Source: an uncultured bacterium
Lineage (GTDB): Bacteria > Desulfobacterota > DSM-4660 > Desulfatiglandales > CALKZT01
Length of the DNA: 64,000 nucleotides
Assembly (NCBI GenBank): GCA_938002815.1
Contig: CALKZT010000027.1
Coordinates: 6,492-70,491 of the forward strand
Direction: 5' to 3'
Below, piece after piece: positions 45,231 to 54,766 of the stretch. How positions within the stretch are numbered: the first letter of the stretch is position 1; every line of letters begins with the position of its first letter. Position numbers and translations under genes: made by a program. Under the pieces are notes generated by a model. That model saw only the letters and a list, made by a program, of their open reading frames with translations. It was not told the DNA's origin and ran no database searches.

Positions 45231-46575
45231 TTCCATATGGCTTTAGTCTTTTTCTAAAGGTCTCCTGGATCGAAGAGAGGCCCTCTTCAGTCTTGGCCTC
45301 AAATCTGAGTACCAGCACAGGTTGGGTATTGGAGGCCCTAACAAGGCCCCAACCTTCTGGGAAGATCACCCTTGCACCGTCTACGTCCACAACCTCATAT
45401 ACCTTCTTGAATTCCCCTTTGAGCTCCTCTATTACCTTGAACTTTATCTGGTCAGGGCAGTTCACCCTTATCTCTGGTGTTGTAAAGGTCTTGGGTACCC
45501 CCTCCAGGAGTTCAGGGATTGACTTGCCTGTATTTGAAAGGATCTCCAGTAACCTCGCCCCTGCATAGATGGCATCGTCAAATCCAAAAAACCTCTCCCC
45601 GAAAAATATGTGGCCGCTCATCTCCCCTGCCAGTAACGCCCCTTCTTTTTTTAGCTTGTCTTTTATTAGGCTATGGCCGGTCTTCCACATTATGGGAACG
45701 CCCCCATTTCTGGAGATCTCCTCGTACAGTGTCTGGGAGCACTTTACCTCCCCGATTATCTTACCCCCTGGGTATCTCTTGAGGAGCTCCCTCGAAAATA
45801 TGATAAGGAGCTGATCGCCCCACACTATCCCACCATCAGGTCCTACAACCCCTATCCTGTCTGCATCCCCGTCAAAGGCTATTCCAAGATCTGACTTGGA
45901 TACCATAACTGTCTCCTTAAGACACCTTAGGTTTTCAGGTACGGTGGGATCAGGATGATGTGCAGGGAATTCACCATCCAGTTCACAAAAGAGGTTTATT
46001 ACCTTTGCACCCAAGGCCCTATAGAGCCTAGGTGCCACTCCTCCAGCTGTGCCGTTTCCTGCATCTACGGCGAGCTTTATTCTCTTACCTCCCAGTTTCA
46101 CATTCTTAGTGACAAAGTCATGGTATGGAGTCAGGATATCATATTCTTCCTGCCTTCCATGCCCATGCTCCAGATCCCCCTTTTCTATTATCTCCCTGAT
46201 CTTCTGTATCTCTTCCCCAAAAATGGACATTTGCCCTAAACAGATCTTGAATCCATTGTACTCAGGAGGGTTGTGGCTCCCTGTCACCTGAACCCCTCCA
46301 TCCACCTTTAAGTGATGGAGACTGAAGTAGACCAAGGGGGTAGGGACTACTCCAAGATCAATGACACTCACACCCGTGTCCAGTAGCCCGCTCATAAGGC
46401 CCTCATGCAATTCTGGGGAGCTGACCCTCGCATCCTTGCCGAGGGTCACTGTCTGGGCCCTTCCTCTCCTATAGTAGGTTCCAATAGCCCTACCAATGGT
46501 ATACGCAGTCTCCTTGTTGAGCTCTTCTGGGTATGTGCCCCTTATGTCATACTCCCTGAAAATATTTGGATTCAT
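45220..46575 (-). CDS. phosphomannomutase/phosphoglucomutase
   Basis: Active-site TGSHNPPEYNGFK, metal loop FDGDADR and sugar-binding GEMSGH. Confidence 0.9.
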   Translation of the reverse strand: MNPNIFREYDIRGTYPEELNKETAYTIGRAIGTYYRRGRAQTVTLGKDARVSSPELHEGLMSGLLDTGVSVIDLGVVPTPLVYFSLHHLKVDGGVQVTGSHNPPEYNGFKICLGQMSIFGEEIQKIREIIEKGDLEHGHGRQEEYDILTPYHDFVTKNVKLGGKRIKLAVDAGNGTAGGVAPRLYRALGAKVINLFCELDGEFPAHHPDPTVPENLRCLKETVMVSKSDLGIAFDGDADRIGVVGPDGGIVWGDQLLIIFSRELLKRYPGGKIIGEVKCSQTLYEEISRNGGVPIMWKTGHSLIKDKLKKEGALLAGEMSGHIFFGERFFGFDDAIYAGARLLEILSNTGKSIPELLEGVPKTFTTPEIRVNCPDQIKFKVIEELKGEFKKVYEVVDVDGARVIFPEGWGLVRASNTQPVLVLRFEAKTEEGLSSIQETFRKRLKPYGISF

Positions 46576-46589
46576 GGCCTTTCTCCTTT

Positions 46590-47783
46590 TTAGGTTCTGT
46601 ATTCTGCATTTATCTTGACATATTCATAAGTAAGGTCGCACGTCAAAATCTCCAGGTCAGAGTTTCCACTCTTCAGATCAACAACTAACTCCAGTTCATC
46701 TCCCTTCATCTGCGCCTTGGCCTTTTCCTCTGCCTCTTGGCCTAAGCCCAATCCATTCTCCACTATCTTAACCCCTCCCATATAGATATCTACTTTATGG
46801 GGATCAAAGGTGCAGCCAGACCTCCCAAGGGCCGCCATGATCCTTCCCCAATTGGGGTCCCCTCCAAATATGGCGGTCTTTACCAATAGGGAATTTGCTA
46901 TGGTCCTGGAGGCAGCCTCTGCCTCTGATTCCTTTGAAGCCCCCACGACCTTTACCCTCACGAGCTTTGTGGCTCCCTCGCCATCCTTTACTATCATTTC
47001 AGAGAGGCTTTTTAATAGCGAAGTAAGGCCATCCTGAAATGAGGAAAGCTCATGGGAATTGAGCATCCCATTTCCCACAAGGCCATTTGCCAAGGCCAAC
47101 ACCATGTCATTTGTACTGGTATCCCCGTCAACGGTTATCCTGTTAAAGCTCTTATCTACTGCCTCTAATAGAGCCCATTGGAGTTCCTTTGAAGAGAGGC
47201 CGAGGTCTGTCAATACAAAGCAGAGCATGGTGGCCATGTGTGGCATGATCATCCCTGCCCCCTTGGCAATTCCATAGATGGTGTAATCCCGTCCGCCTAT
47301 GCTTCCTTTGTGGAAGGCAATCTTGGGGAATTTGTCGGTGGTCAGAATGGCCTCAGCCACCTTAGGTAACCTTTCTGTGGAGAGCCCCTTTACAAGCTCC
47401 GGGATGGCTTGAATCATCCTGTCTAAGGGCAATCTTTGGCCTATGACACCCGTGGATGCTAACAAAATCTCATCCTCCGATATGGAAAGGGCCTTTCCGA
47501 GGGCCTCAGAGAGAACTTCGGCATCCCTTAGCCCCTGATCCCCGGTGCACGCATTGGCATTCCCTGAATTGGCCAAAATAGCCCTCGCAATCCCGTTCTT
47601 CAGCCTCTCCATATTCAAGAGCACAGGGGCCCCTTTTACTAAATTCTTGGTAAAGACACCTGCTGCTGAGGCAGGGCTATCCGAGAGGATGAGACACATA
47701 TCTAACCTTCCGGGTTTTTTTATGGCTGCACTTGCCACCCCACCTCTATAGCCTAAGGGTAAAATCGCCTCTTTCATCTCCAT
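46590..47783 (-). CDS. argJ: bifunctional glutamate N-acetyltransferase / amino-acid acetyltransferase
   Basis: Autoprocessing site HMATMLCFVLTD and the conserved C-terminal CDLTYEYVKINAEYRT. Confidence 0.92.
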   Translation of the reverse strand: MEMKEAILPLGYRGGVASAAIKKPGRLDMCLILSDSPASAAGVFTKNLVKGAPVLLNMERLKNGIARAILANSGNANACTGDQGLRDAEVLSEALGKALSISEDEILLASTGVIGQRLPLDRMIQAIPELVKGLSTERLPKVAEAILTTDKFPKIAFHKGSIGGRDYTIYGIAKGAGMIMPHMATMLCFVLTDLGLSSKELQWALLEAVDKSFNRITVDGDTSTNDMVLALANGLVGNGMLNSHELSSFQDGLTSLLKSLSEMIVKDGEGATKLVRVKVVGASKESEAEAASRTIANSLLVKTAIFGGDPNWGRIMAALGRSGCTFDPHKVDIYMGGVKIVENGLGLGQEAEEKAKAQMKGDELELVVDLKSGNSDLEILTCDLTYEYVKINAEYRT

Positions 47784-47795
47784 CTCCTCTTGTTT

Positions 47796-49991
47796 TCACA
47801 ATAAACCAAAGAGTTCCATACCTTTTTTGAGGAGCATACAAAAGAGCACCGTAAAGCTTAGATTGAAGAGAACAGAAAGGAGTGCCCATCTATATGAGAG
47901 TTCACTGGCTATGGTGAGTACAGTGGGAATACAAGGGATATAGGTGGTGATAAAAATCAAAACCAGAAATGCAAAGGCCGGGTTCCATTTGGGATCTGCC
48001 TTGAGTCTATCTTCAATGGAATAAGCTTTTACACTTTGGACCTCCATTGAATAGGCAGTTCCCAGGGTAGAAACAATCATCTCCTTTGCAAAGGCACCAG
48101 ATATGAGGGCCAGGTTTAATTTATAGTCAAATCCTAAGTGAACAGTTACCCCCTCCAGCCATACCCCAATTCTTCCAAGAAAGGAGGCCTTAAGAGCCGA
48201 AGCGGCCTCTTCTTCGTCTATTTTAGAAAGGGCCTCCTTGATTTGCCTATCCACCTTTTGGGGATATGGCTCTGAATCCCCAAGTTGGGGCTGGATCTTC
48301 TCTATCTCTGCCTTTCTGAGATTTTCAAACCTCATCCTTTCAGAATCGCTGAGGGTAGGGAAAGAGAGACCTGCCCAAAAGAGGATGGAAAAGGCAAGGA
48401 TCAGGGTCCCTGCCCTCTTCATGTATAGCCAGGTCCTCTCCCAGGAGTGGATCAAGAGCCCCCTTAGGGTAGGTAGCCTATAAGGGGGTAGCTCCATAAT
48501 AAAGGGACTCTTGGGCCCCCTCAGTAACACCCCTCTAAGAAGCCTTGCAGAGAACAAGGCCACAAACCATGAGAAGAGGGTGAGAAAAAAGAGTATCCTT
48601 GCTCTACTCTCGGGAAAAAAGACGGCTATGATTATGGCATAGACGGGAAGCTTACCCCCACAATTCATAAATGGTGTCACCAGGGCAGTGGCAAGCCGCT
48701 CCCTGTTATCTTTCAGCGTCCTGGTAGCCAGAATCCCGGGTACTGCACAGCCCCCTGATATACCACCGCTCACTATCAGGGCAATCACCGAAGAGCCATG
48801 TAAGCCAAAGAACCTCATGAGTCTATCCATCATATAGGCTATCCTGGCCATATAGCCACTGTCTTCCAGGACGGCTATTGCCCCAAACATGAAAAATATC
48901 AAGGGCATATAACCCATTATTGCGCCCACGCCATCTATCACCCCAGAGGTCACAAGGCTCCTTAGGATCTGTGTATGGATGTGCTCCTGGGCCTTCTGCC
49001 TTAGAAAACCAAAGGCGGTCTCAAACCAAGACACAGGGCTTTCACTTACCCAGAATATGATGAGGTAGAGGGCATAGAGCACAAAGAGCATAAAGATTGG
49101 GCCTATCAGCCTGTTTGTGAGAACCCTATCAATGCGATCTGAAAGGTTTAGCCTGTTTTCTATCTCCCTTCTGACACAATGTCTTACAACACTGGCGATA
49201 AATCCATATCTCTGATCCACTATCACGGACTCTGGGTCCTCTCCCAGTGTATCCATGGTGTGTGCTGTTAGATGGGCTGAGATCGCTCTTATCCTTTCAA
49301 AGATCTCTCCATCCCCCTTTAAGAGCTCGGAGACAATGCTATCGCCCTCCAAAAACTTTAGGGCTAACCATCTACGAGGATATTTGGCCGGAATCTTTTC
49401 CGCATTTTTAAGAAGGGCTTCCATTTGCGCCAGGGCATTGTCCACGTCTCTCCCATAGGAGATCTGTTTGTAGGACTCCCTCAACTCTTTGCCAGCCTCC
49501 TGTACGATGGCATCTAAAAGTTCCCCAATGCCCTCTCCAGCACGGGCAGTCATGGGCACTACCCTCACTCCTAAATATTGGGAGAGCCTCTCTACCTCTA
49601 TGTGTATCCCCCTTGCCTTGGCCATATCCATCATGTTCAGGGCCAATATCAAAGGGCAGCCCAGCTCCAGGAATTGAACAAACAGGTAGAGGTTCCGCTC
49701 TAAATTAGAGGCATCTACCACCTCTACCACTATGTCAGGACCCTCCTCTATTACGAAGTTCCTGGCCACCTGCTCCTCTACACTGTAGGCGCTCAGAGAA
49801 TACGTGCCCGGGAGGTCCACCAGCTCTATCTCATATCCCCTATGGGTAATAAATCCAGACTTCTTTTCAACGGTAACGCCCGGGTAGTTGGCTATGTGCT
49901 GTCTCGCCCCTGTAAGGGCATTAAAGAGGGTGCTCTTCCCCGAGTTAGGGTTGCCGGAAAGGGCAACCTTTATTCTCCTTTTCTCTGACAT
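47796..49991 (-). CDS. feoB: ferrous iron transporter B
   Basis: N-terminal G-domain GNPNSGKSTLFNALTG...DLPGTYSL, followed by a polytopic membrane domain. 731 aa. Confidence 0.93.
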   Translation of the reverse strand: MSEKRRIKVALSGNPNSGKSTLFNALTGARQHIANYPGVTVEKKSGFITHRGYEIELVDLPGTYSLSAYSVEEQVARNFVIEEGPDIVVEVVDASNLERNLYLFVQFLELGCPLILALNMMDMAKARGIHIEVERLSQYLGVRVVPMTARAGEGIGELLDAIVQEAGKELRESYKQISYGRDVDNALAQMEALLKNAEKIPAKYPRRWLALKFLEGDSIVSELLKGDGEIFERIRAISAHLTAHTMDTLGEDPESVIVDQRYGFIASVVRHCVRREIENRLNLSDRIDRVLTNRLIGPIFMLFVLYALYLIIFWVSESPVSWFETAFGFLRQKAQEHIHTQILRSLVTSGVIDGVGAIMGYMPLIFFMFGAIAVLEDSGYMARIAYMMDRLMRFFGLHGSSVIALIVSGGISGGCAVPGILATRTLKDNRERLATALVTPFMNCGGKLPVYAIIIAVFFPESRARILFFLTLFSWFVALFSARLLRGVLLRGPKSPFIMELPPYRLPTLRGLLIHSWERTWLYMKRAGTLILAFSILFWAGLSFPTLSDSERMRFENLRKAEIEKIQPQLGDSEPYPQKVDRQIKEALSKIDEEEAASALKASFLGRIGVWLEGVTVHLGFDYKLNLALISGAFAKEMIVSTLGTAYSMEVQSVKAYSIEDRLKADPKWNPAFAFLVLIFITTYIPCIPTVLTIASELSYRWALLSVLFNLSFTVLFCMLLKKGMELFGLL

Positions 49992-50209
49992 TATTCTGTC
50001 TCCACCAGTATGTAGTCTGCTTCGTTGTTTCTAAGGGTCAAAACCGTGTCCCTTACTTTTATGGCCACAGGATCTTTGAGGGGTGCCCTTCCTTGTATGG
50101 TTATAACCACTCCTGGTACAATCCCCATCTCCCTGAGTCTTCTCCCCATCTCACCGGAGGCATTTATTTTTTTTACCACGCCCCTCTGGTGCACCTTCAT
50201 TTGCCTCAT
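49991..50209 (-). CDS. feoA: ferrous iron transport protein A
   Basis: FeoA SH3-like sequence (LISMRQMKVHQRGVVKKI...RRLREMGIVPGVVITI). Start moved to ATG 50209 so it does not overlap the upstream gene. TAATG junction with feoB. Confidence 0.8.
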   Translation of the reverse strand: MRQMKVHQRGVVKKINASGEMGRRLREMGIVPGVVITIQGRAPLKDPVAIKVRDTVLTLRNNEADYILVETE

Positions 50210-50214
50210 GGATA

Positions 50215-51102
50215 TCAGGTTCCCCACCTGATCTCCCTCCCCAAGCGGGTCAAAAGCCTTAGGAAATTCCTCCCTTCCACCATCTCCATATCCGATTGGG
50301 ATATTCCAAGGGACCTCAACCACTGAAGTTCATCTTTGGGCCTTCTCCATGGGGCATCGCTTCCAAACAGTATATGCTCCATGCCTCTCTTCTCCATGAT
50401 CCCAGCTATTTGGCGGTCCTCAATTATACCCGACACAAAGGAGGTGTCAAAGTGAACATTGGATAGCTCCAAAAGGGGTTCTATCTCGTCCCATCCATAG
50501 AGGCAGCCCATATGGGCAGCCACTATTTGTAGCCTGGGAAACCGACTTGCCACATAGTAAATCCTCTCAGCCGATACAGTGAAGTGATCCAGGTCACCTA
50601 ATAGATGTGAAAGATGGGGCTTAAATCTCTTAAGGCCTTTAAGATTCATGGTATCCAGGGTGAGTATGAGCCCTCTTTCTTCAAGGGCCCCGAAAAACCT
50701 ATATGCCTCCCAAGAGAGGAGATCTATCTGCTGTAAGAAAGGGTGTATCTTTACCCCCACCATGCCCATAAAAACTATTTCGTCTAAGACGGAGTCCAGA
50801 TCATGGAGACTGGGCAGGGCAGTGCCAAAGGGTATGATCTGAGGATAAAGAGTGGAAACCCTATGGACCCACCTGTTTAGCTCCCTTACCCTCTTTGGAT
50901 TTGCTGTAACGGGAAGTAGGACAAACCTATCTATACCTGCCTCTCTTTCTGACTCCAATAGGCCCTCAATGGTGGGCTCTTGCTTTAGGGACCACTTGTT
51001 TGGGTTGTCTTCCTCCAAGCAGCCGTCTAAATGATCAGATCTTCCTATTAATGAGCTGAGTTCAGAATCCGTATATGCATGGGTATGGGCATCAATGATC
51101 AT
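50215..51102 (-). CDS. amidohydrolase-family (TIM-barrel metal-dependent hydrolase) protein
   Basis: N-terminal MIIDAHTHAY metal motif and a later AAHMG...FDTS...GSDAPW pattern. Confidence 0.7.
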   Translation of the reverse strand: MIIDAHTHAYTDSELSSLIGRSDHLDGCLEEDNPNKWSLKQEPTIEGLLESEREAGIDRFVLLPVTANPKRVRELNRWVHRVSTLYPQIIPFGTALPSLHDLDSVLDEIVFMGMVGVKIHPFLQQIDLLSWEAYRFFGALEERGLILTLDTMNLKGLKRFKPHLSHLLGDLDHFTVSAERIYYVASRFPRLQIVAAHMGCLYGWDEIEPLLELSNVHFDTSFVSGIIEDRQIAGIMEKRGMEHILFGSDAPWRRPKDELQWLRSLGISQSDMEMVEGRNFLRLLTRLGREIRWGT

Positions 51103-51883
51103 CCTCTATGCCCTTTGAGGCCTCCCAAATACCAACCAGGATCAAGAGGGCAAAAAGGAGGTTCAAATAACCCCACCCCATCTCCTGATATGAAATCACC
51201 TTTATCTCAAAGTTAGAGCTCCCGATAATCTTCCCCCACTGATCCTCTAAAAGGATGTAGGCTGGATAACTGGAACCAGGATTAGACCACTTGTTCATAA
51301 GCTTTATTTTGATCTTCCTTTCCTTTTGGGGATAAAGTAAAAAATTAGGTGGATCTTCCAGCACATCAAATTCTTCAGGGACAAGTAACCTTACAAATAT
51401 GTGTTTCTCATTTAAACCCTGGTTTTCTATAACAGCATTAAGATGAGCAAAGTCTGCTATACGAACCTCTTTAGTCTTAACCTTCAAATATGGGTCAAGT
51501 GAGTTCTGATCTACTGTGATTAAGAAAGGAGAAGTATTTTTTACATTCTGTACTGTGACATAAGTTAAGAGACATGGAATAACTGCACCATGCAAAATTT
51601 CTATCAAAGAAAGTTCGATATTTTTTTTCAAAAGCTCTACATTTGGTTTTAGCTCTCCAACTTCTTCTTTTTTAAATAATTTTCCATTGTGGAAGAAATC
51701 AACAGATACTTCTTTTGCAATAGCATTTCCTTTATTTACGAGTTTTAAATCAACTATGACCTTTTCTTCAACTTTCCTTGAAGTAGCAGAGATGTTAATT
51801 TGATAAGTGGACGCATCTAAAGATGCTGGCAAAACTAAGAGATAAAAAGCGATAAGAAATTTTAGGAGATTCCAGATATTCAT
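51092..51883 (-). CDS. hypothetical envelope protein: signal peptide, two CARDB-like beta-sandwich segments, C-terminal TM anchor
   Basis: Signal peptide LLKFLIAFYLLVLPASLDA. VIVDLKLVNKGNAIAKEVSVDF and LNAVIENQGLNEKHIFVRLLVP resemble CARDB/DUF11-type strands. C-terminal GYLNLLFALLILVGIW. The gene is AT-rich. Confidence 0.5.
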   Translation of the reverse strand: MNIWNLLKFLIAFYLLVLPASLDASTYQINISATSRKVEEKVIVDLKLVNKGNAIAKEVSVDFFHNGKLFKKEEVGELKPNVELLKKNIELSLIEILHGAVIPCLLTYVTVQNVKNTSPFLITVDQNSLDPYLKVKTKEVRIADFAHLNAVIENQGLNEKHIFVRLLVPEEFDVLEDPPNFLLYPQKERKIKIKLMNKWSNPGSSYPAYILLEDQWGKIIGSSNFEIKVISYQEMGWGYLNLLFALLILVGIWEASKGIEDDH

Positions 51884-51905
51884 TCTTACTAAGGATTGTA
51901 GGCTG

Positions 51906-53414
51906 TCAGTTCTCTAAATAGTCTATAATGGTGGGTTTTATCATAATGACAAGCTCCCTGTTTACCTCCTGTTCGTTTTTGTATCTAAACAGATCTCCCA
52001 AAAGGGGAATTGAACCCAATATGGGCACGCGCGACTCTTTGCCCACCTCACTTCTATCTATAAGCCCACCTATTAATAAGGCCTCCCCTTGCCTCAGTCT
52101 TGCAAAGGTAGACATCTCTTTGAGTTTCACCCTGGGTAGTCCCACCTGTGATCCAGAGGCAGCCTGTGTACCTCCAAAGGTCATATACTCTATGGGTTCC
52201 CTTAACTCGGAGGTGATGGGCACAATGTATAATATCACCTCATCTCTATTTAGGATATTAGCAAGGACTGCCACCCCAACACCTGAGAGAATGGAAGAAG
52301 TGGATACAGAATAAGAGACGGTCTGTGTCTGAGTATTTGCTGTTGTTTCCACCTTATCGATATATCTAATATTTTCCCCCACAGTCAAAGTGGCAGTCTG
52401 CCCGTTCATCAAGGTCACCCTGGGGCTTGAAAGTACCCTGGTCTTTCCATAATTTTGTAATGCCCCAAGTATCAGATTAAAATTCACGCTACTGAAGGTG
52501 ACTTGGTCAATAATGTTTCTCTTAAAGTACAGTATTCCGCCCTGACCCACTGTCCCACTCAAGGTAGTCCTTGCAAGGTTACTCCAATCTATTCCCATTT
52601 CACTGGACCTGTTTAGTGTCACCTCGATTATCTTGGCCTCTATGAGGACCTGCCTAAAAAGTTCCTTTTTTAGGTTCTTAAGGTAGGTTTCTACCTTTGT
52701 ATGGACGCTATTGGGAGCAGTCACGGTAATTATGCCAAGGGGTCTGTCGATCACCATATAAGATTTACCAGCCTCAGGCCCTATTAACTTTGTGAGGTTT
52801 TCCTCTACCATCTTCCAAAAGTCCATAGGTTCCTTAAACTTGTTGGTGACTTGGACCTCGCCCCTCATCATACCCTTGGCCTCACCACCTCCCAGCAGGT
52901 TTCCGCCCAAGGCAGTGCTGAATTCCTGTGTCACATGAGGCACAGGGAGGTGATATTTCCTGGTAACGGTATATGAGATATAGAGCGTGTCCTCTTTAAG
53001 TTCAAAGGAGTAATCGGGCTGAGCAAGGAGAGATCTTAGGGACCTGAAAAAATCATCCTCAGGCTGAATGTTTGCCTCTACCAAGGTCTTAAGATCCACA
53101 TCTTTTGCAGCCTCAATCTTGTAGCCCTTTGCCTGAGCAAGCTGTGTTAAGACCCTTTCCAAAGGGACCTTCCCATGCCTTGTCTCTATCCTGATACCCA
53201 CCGGGAAGTACATATCTCTCTTTTTGGCCACATGTTCTAAGCTGGGAAAGTTATAGGAGCCTTTCTCCTTCACCATCTTCTGGGGCTCTTCTGGATCTTT
53301 TATTTGCGCCTTAACCTTGGGATATTCCTTCTCTGCCTTTTCTGGCTTAATTGTAGCGCACCCAGCAAAAAGTACTATCAGGCCAAATATTAATACCCTT
53401 CTGAAGTCCTTCAT
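51906..53414 (-). CDS. lipoprotein secretin (type II/IV secretin family; MshL/BfpB-like lipidated form)
   Basis: Lipobox LFAGC. N0/N1-like segments are present. Secretin domain: VLIEAKIIEV...GIDW, TRVLSSPRVTLMNGQTATLTVG, PILGSIPLLGDLFRY, ELVIMIKPTII. Confidence 0.85.
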   Translation of the reverse strand: MKDFRRVLIFGLIVLFAGCATIKPEKAEKEYPKVKAQIKDPEEPQKMVKEKGSYNFPSLEHVAKKRDMYFPVGIRIETRHGKVPLERVLTQLAQAKGYKIEAAKDVDLKTLVEANIQPEDDFFRSLRSLLAQPDYSFELKEDTLYISYTVTRKYHLPVPHVTQEFSTALGGNLLGGGEAKGMMRGEVQVTNKFKEPMDFWKMVEENLTKLIGPEAGKSYMVIDRPLGIITVTAPNSVHTKVETYLKNLKKELFRQVLIEAKIIEVTLNRSSEMGIDWSNLARTTLSGTVGQGGILYFKRNIIDQVTFSSVNFNLILGALQNYGKTRVLSSPRVTLMNGQTATLTVGENIRYIDKVETTANTQTQTVSYSVSTSSILSGVGVAVLANILNRDEVILYIVPITSELREPIEYMTFGGTQAASGSQVGLPRVKLKEMSTFARLRQGEALLIGGLIDRSEVGKESRVPILGSIPLLGDLFRYKNEQEVNRELVIMIKPTIIDYLEN

Positions 53415-54757
53415 TTGACTACCCCCTCCCCGCAGGTACCCTTTATGTTTTCATAGATGGCAGCGGTTAGCCCCTTCTCTTCCACTGAGCTGTAAGTGAT
53501 AAGTTCCCTATATTTCTGGCATGCCCTCTCTTTGTCTCCTGCCTCTTTATAAATCCTTGCAACCCTTAGTCCTACATCCAGGTCGGGTCCCATAAGCTCC
53601 TCGTATCTCTTATAGATACCCAGTGCCCCTTCGCCATTCCCTGTGTTTTCCAAAAAGAGACCGTAGTTCAGCAACAAATCAGGGTTTGTATCCCCCATTG
53701 ACATGGCCATATCAAAATATATCTTTGCCTCGGTTTCCTTGCCTATCATGGCAGCTGATATGGCAGCCACATGGGCAGCCCACTGCTCTTCTCCTTTTAC
53801 CTTTAGGGCCTCTTTCGCATAGTAATATGCCTTCTCAAGGGAGCCCAGTTTAAAGGCACCCTCACATAGGAACTCCAAGATCCAACCATTGGCCCTCATT
53901 AACGATTCATTGGACCTCATCAGCCTATAGACCTCTTCATAGGTCTTAAAGCTCTCTCTTAGATCCCCTTCTGCCTCCAGGACCTTTGCCTTATAAAACA
54001 GACTAAACATCTGGGCCTCTTTGGCCTTTTCCTTTGACCATTCCCGAACCGCGCCAAGCCTTTCCTTTGGAATGGGGGTACTAACCAAGACCCCCTGGCC
54101 AGCAGGCTCGGTGGGCAATGGCCTGATAGTGATGACTCCATTTTTTTCTTCCTTGATGAGGTTATTTGCATCCAGGATCATCTCCAAGGCTTGATCCCAT
54201 GGGACATCCTTTAGGCTGATGGTGACCTCACCCTTAACCCGCTCGTCGAGGACTATGTTTTTCCCGGTGATCTCCCCAAAGAGTCTCATTACGTTGTGTA
54301 TATCTGTCTTAAAAAAGTCCATGGTGATCTTCTGGCCTGTGTATAGGCTTGGGGGTTGGTTTTTGGGAAGTACCGAAGGTGCCTTACCCCGCAAACTTAC
54401 TGAAATCACCCCCTCATTTTCTTCTACATAATATTTAAAGAGCTCTTTGGGGTCCTTTGAAAAGACCACCACGCTTACGCCACTTTGGAAAGGGATTAAC
54501 TGCACCTTACTCGCAAAAGGGCTCTTTATCTGGAGCTCTCTTTTTGTCCCTGGTGGGAGAAAGGCCCCATTGAGTTCCATTATAAGTCTGGCAGGGGAAT
54601 ATCTCCCAAGGGCCTTATAGGAGGTAAAATCTCCCTCTATCTGGAGGATGGTTTCATCTCCCTTGGGAATCACCTTTACAGTAACAGGCTGGGCCCCAAA
54701 GGCAGGTATCGAAAGTAGGATAGAAAAAACCAATGCGGTTATCAGAAGGCGGAACAT
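53411..54757 (-). CDS. secreted AMIN-like + PilQ-type N0 (STN) + TPR-repeat protein
   Basis: Signal peptide LLSIPAFGA. AMIN-like VTVKVIPKGDETILQIEGDF...RLIMELNGA. N0/STN: ITMDFFKTDIHNVMRLFGEITGKNIVLDERVKGEVTISLKDVPWDQALEMILDANNL. The C-terminal ~220 aa are TPR-like helical repeats. ATGA overlap with the secretin start. Confidence 0.7.
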   Translation of the reverse strand: MFRLLITALVFSILLSIPAFGAQPVTVKVIPKGDETILQIEGDFTSYKALGRYSPARLIMELNGAFLPPGTKRELQIKSPFASKVQLIPFQSGVSVVVFSKDPKELFKYYVEENEGVISVSLRGKAPSVLPKNQPPSLYTGQKITMDFFKTDIHNVMRLFGEITGKNIVLDERVKGEVTISLKDVPWDQALEMILDANNLIKEEKNGVITIRPLPTEPAGQGVLVSTPIPKERLGAVREWSKEKAKEAQMFSLFYKAKVLEAEGDLRESFKTYEEVYRLMRSNESLMRANGWILEFLCEGAFKLGSLEKAYYYAKEALKVKGEEQWAAHVAAISAAMIGKETEAKIYFDMAMSMGDTNPDLLLNYGLFLENTGNGEGALGIYKRYEELMGPDLDVGLRVARIYKEAGDKERACQKYRELITYSSVEEKGLTAAIYENIKGTCGEGVVK

Positions 54758-54766
54758 GTCTTCCCC

